From Lepidodermella squamata (Eukaryota; Animalia; Gastrotricha), in the NCBI GenBank assembly GCA_047495785.1, contig JBLDXI010000010.1:806001-870000 (forward strand): DNA of 64,000 bases, read 5' to 3'. Positions 62,579 to 64,000 of this stretch are shown here, in pieces; the first letter of the stretch is position 1; each line of letters starts with the position of its first letter. The position numbers and the translations under genes were made by a program. The notes below the pieces were generated by a model. It saw only the letters and a program-made list of their open reading frames with translations, had not been told where the DNA came from and did no database searches.

Positions 62579-64000
62579 ATGAAGCTTGCTTTATTACTAA
62601 CCATAGTCATTCTAACAATTGGGGGAACACAGGTATTTGTGATAAGTAAAATATTGTTTCCATTATCGAAGCTAATATTACTACAGGCTGGTCAGTTAAA
62701 AACTTGTGCCAACCAGAGGAGGCTGCAAAACGAATGTCTTCTACCTGAGCCGAACCACGGCAGTTTCCTAACGAGGAAATCAGGAAATTTCGTGGAAGCT
62801 GAGCTGAAATGCGATGAAAAGTCAGCTCCTATCGGGAAAGTACTGCTTTCGTGCTCTGATCGAGATTTTCAATGGTCTGGAGTCCCAGGAATCTGTATCC
62901 TAAGTAAGCTTACCGCCCGAATCTGAAATCCCATCTGATTTTCTCTCTTCCTCAAAGGTGCCTCTGACAAGGTCGACTTCAAAAAAGCGACGAGAGCGAT
63001 AGAACACGATGATTGGGACCGACTTGAAGAACAGCAGCAAGAACAAGGGGAAATTTTCGATGCTCAAAACAACAGCGGTTGGTCCCCATTGCATCTAGCC
63101 GCATACTACGGAGCGGCTAAAATCGCTCGTTCTCTGATCAATTACAACGTGGATGTCCACCTTAAGAATGAAGATTGGCTGGAGCCAGTTCACCTAGCTG
63201 CTATGTCTGATAGCACTGAAGTCATTGAAAGATTGTTGGAGCGGGAGCATGAAAACACTCAATTGGTCCTCGAAGCTGTACAATTCACTACAAGCCGAAC
63301 TCCAATTTTCTTTGCAGGTCCGAAAGCCGCCGATTTTCTTATCATGAAAGGTGCTGATTTGTACCATTGCGACAACCAACAAATGCAGCCGATTCATTTG
63401 GCCGTCGTGAAAAAGCGAACGGAGGTCATTAAGAAGTTGATTAAACACAATAAGGAGATGAAAGACCTTCGTTGTTGTGGGTCTTCCCATAAAACTCTAT
63501 CGCATCTCGCGGCTGAGAGTGACTATGCCGAATTCTTGTCTCAATTCCCTGACTTATTCAACGCCTCTTCTCTCGATGGCGAGGGGCAAACACCTTTATG
63601 CCACATGGCTGCTGCAGGGGGTATCAACTTTGCCAAAGCCCTGTCATCTTCAATCGACCTTAAAAGTATCAAATGTCTCTACGGCCCCGGGAATAAAGAA
63701 GGATCCCTTCTCCACATCGCAATCTATAACAAGCAGCAGAAATTCGTCGACTGGCTGTTGAAAAATGGGTTCAGTCCTTTTGACAGAGATTCAACCGGAG
63801 GAACAGGCCTTCACGCCCTAGCCTCAGCCCCTCCAGGTAAAGACAACGAGACCCTTGCGATTCTGCATACTATCGCGCATAAAAATGAGGAAATCATTGA
63901 TGCGAGGGATAATACGAACTCATCTGCCTTCCTTCTGTCTGTTGCTTCAAACTCGCAAACTGTGGCTGATGCATTGGTTAATGAGCTCGCTGCGATTCCG
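62579..64000 (+). CDS. Signal peptide + Sushi/CCP-like domain + ankyrin repeats (3' end beyond window); exons 62579-62632, 62687-62903, 62958->64000
   Basis: MKLALLLTIVILTIGG; CLLPEPNHG..C..IG..L.C...WSG.PGIC. Exon 3 is open to the window end with GWSPLHLAAYYG, LEPVHLAA and MQPIHLAV (not in the ORF track because it has no stop). Confidence 0.75.

Overview
Eukaryotic (invertebrate metazoan-like) genomic DNA with compact GT-AG introns, mostly ~50-60 nt; the species cannot be determined from sequence alone. Gene models below were spliced by hand from the sequence. The dominant feature is a same-strand tandem array of eight paralogous 5-exon class C GPCR genes of GABA-B type (Venus flytrap + 7TM, no cysteine-rich domain, almost no C-tail). 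Five copies look intact, one has a 7-nt frameshift and two are pseudogenes. Embedded tail-to-tail in the array is a 5-exon nuclear receptor with two C4 zinc-finger DNA-binding domains (the first degenerate, P-box CEACRK) plus an LBD; a scrambled pseudogene copy of it lies at ~14 kb. Other genes: a stand-alone I29 (ERFNIN) secreted protein, a triple LamG-like probably GPI-anchored protein, a small PAN/apple protein, a Gln/Ser/Gly repeat protein, an 8-exon all-phase-1 secreted protein with a 6-nt micro-exon, a 4x Kunitz-like protein, a MARCH-like RING-CH ligase, a Cys-free signal-less lipocalin, and two adjacent ankyrin-repeat genes with apparent signal peptides (one also has a Sushi/CCP domain). 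Mobile DNA includes a frameshifted Sola-like transposase, several MITEs with TA or 8-bp TSDs, a solo LTR and tRNA-derived SINE-like remnants.
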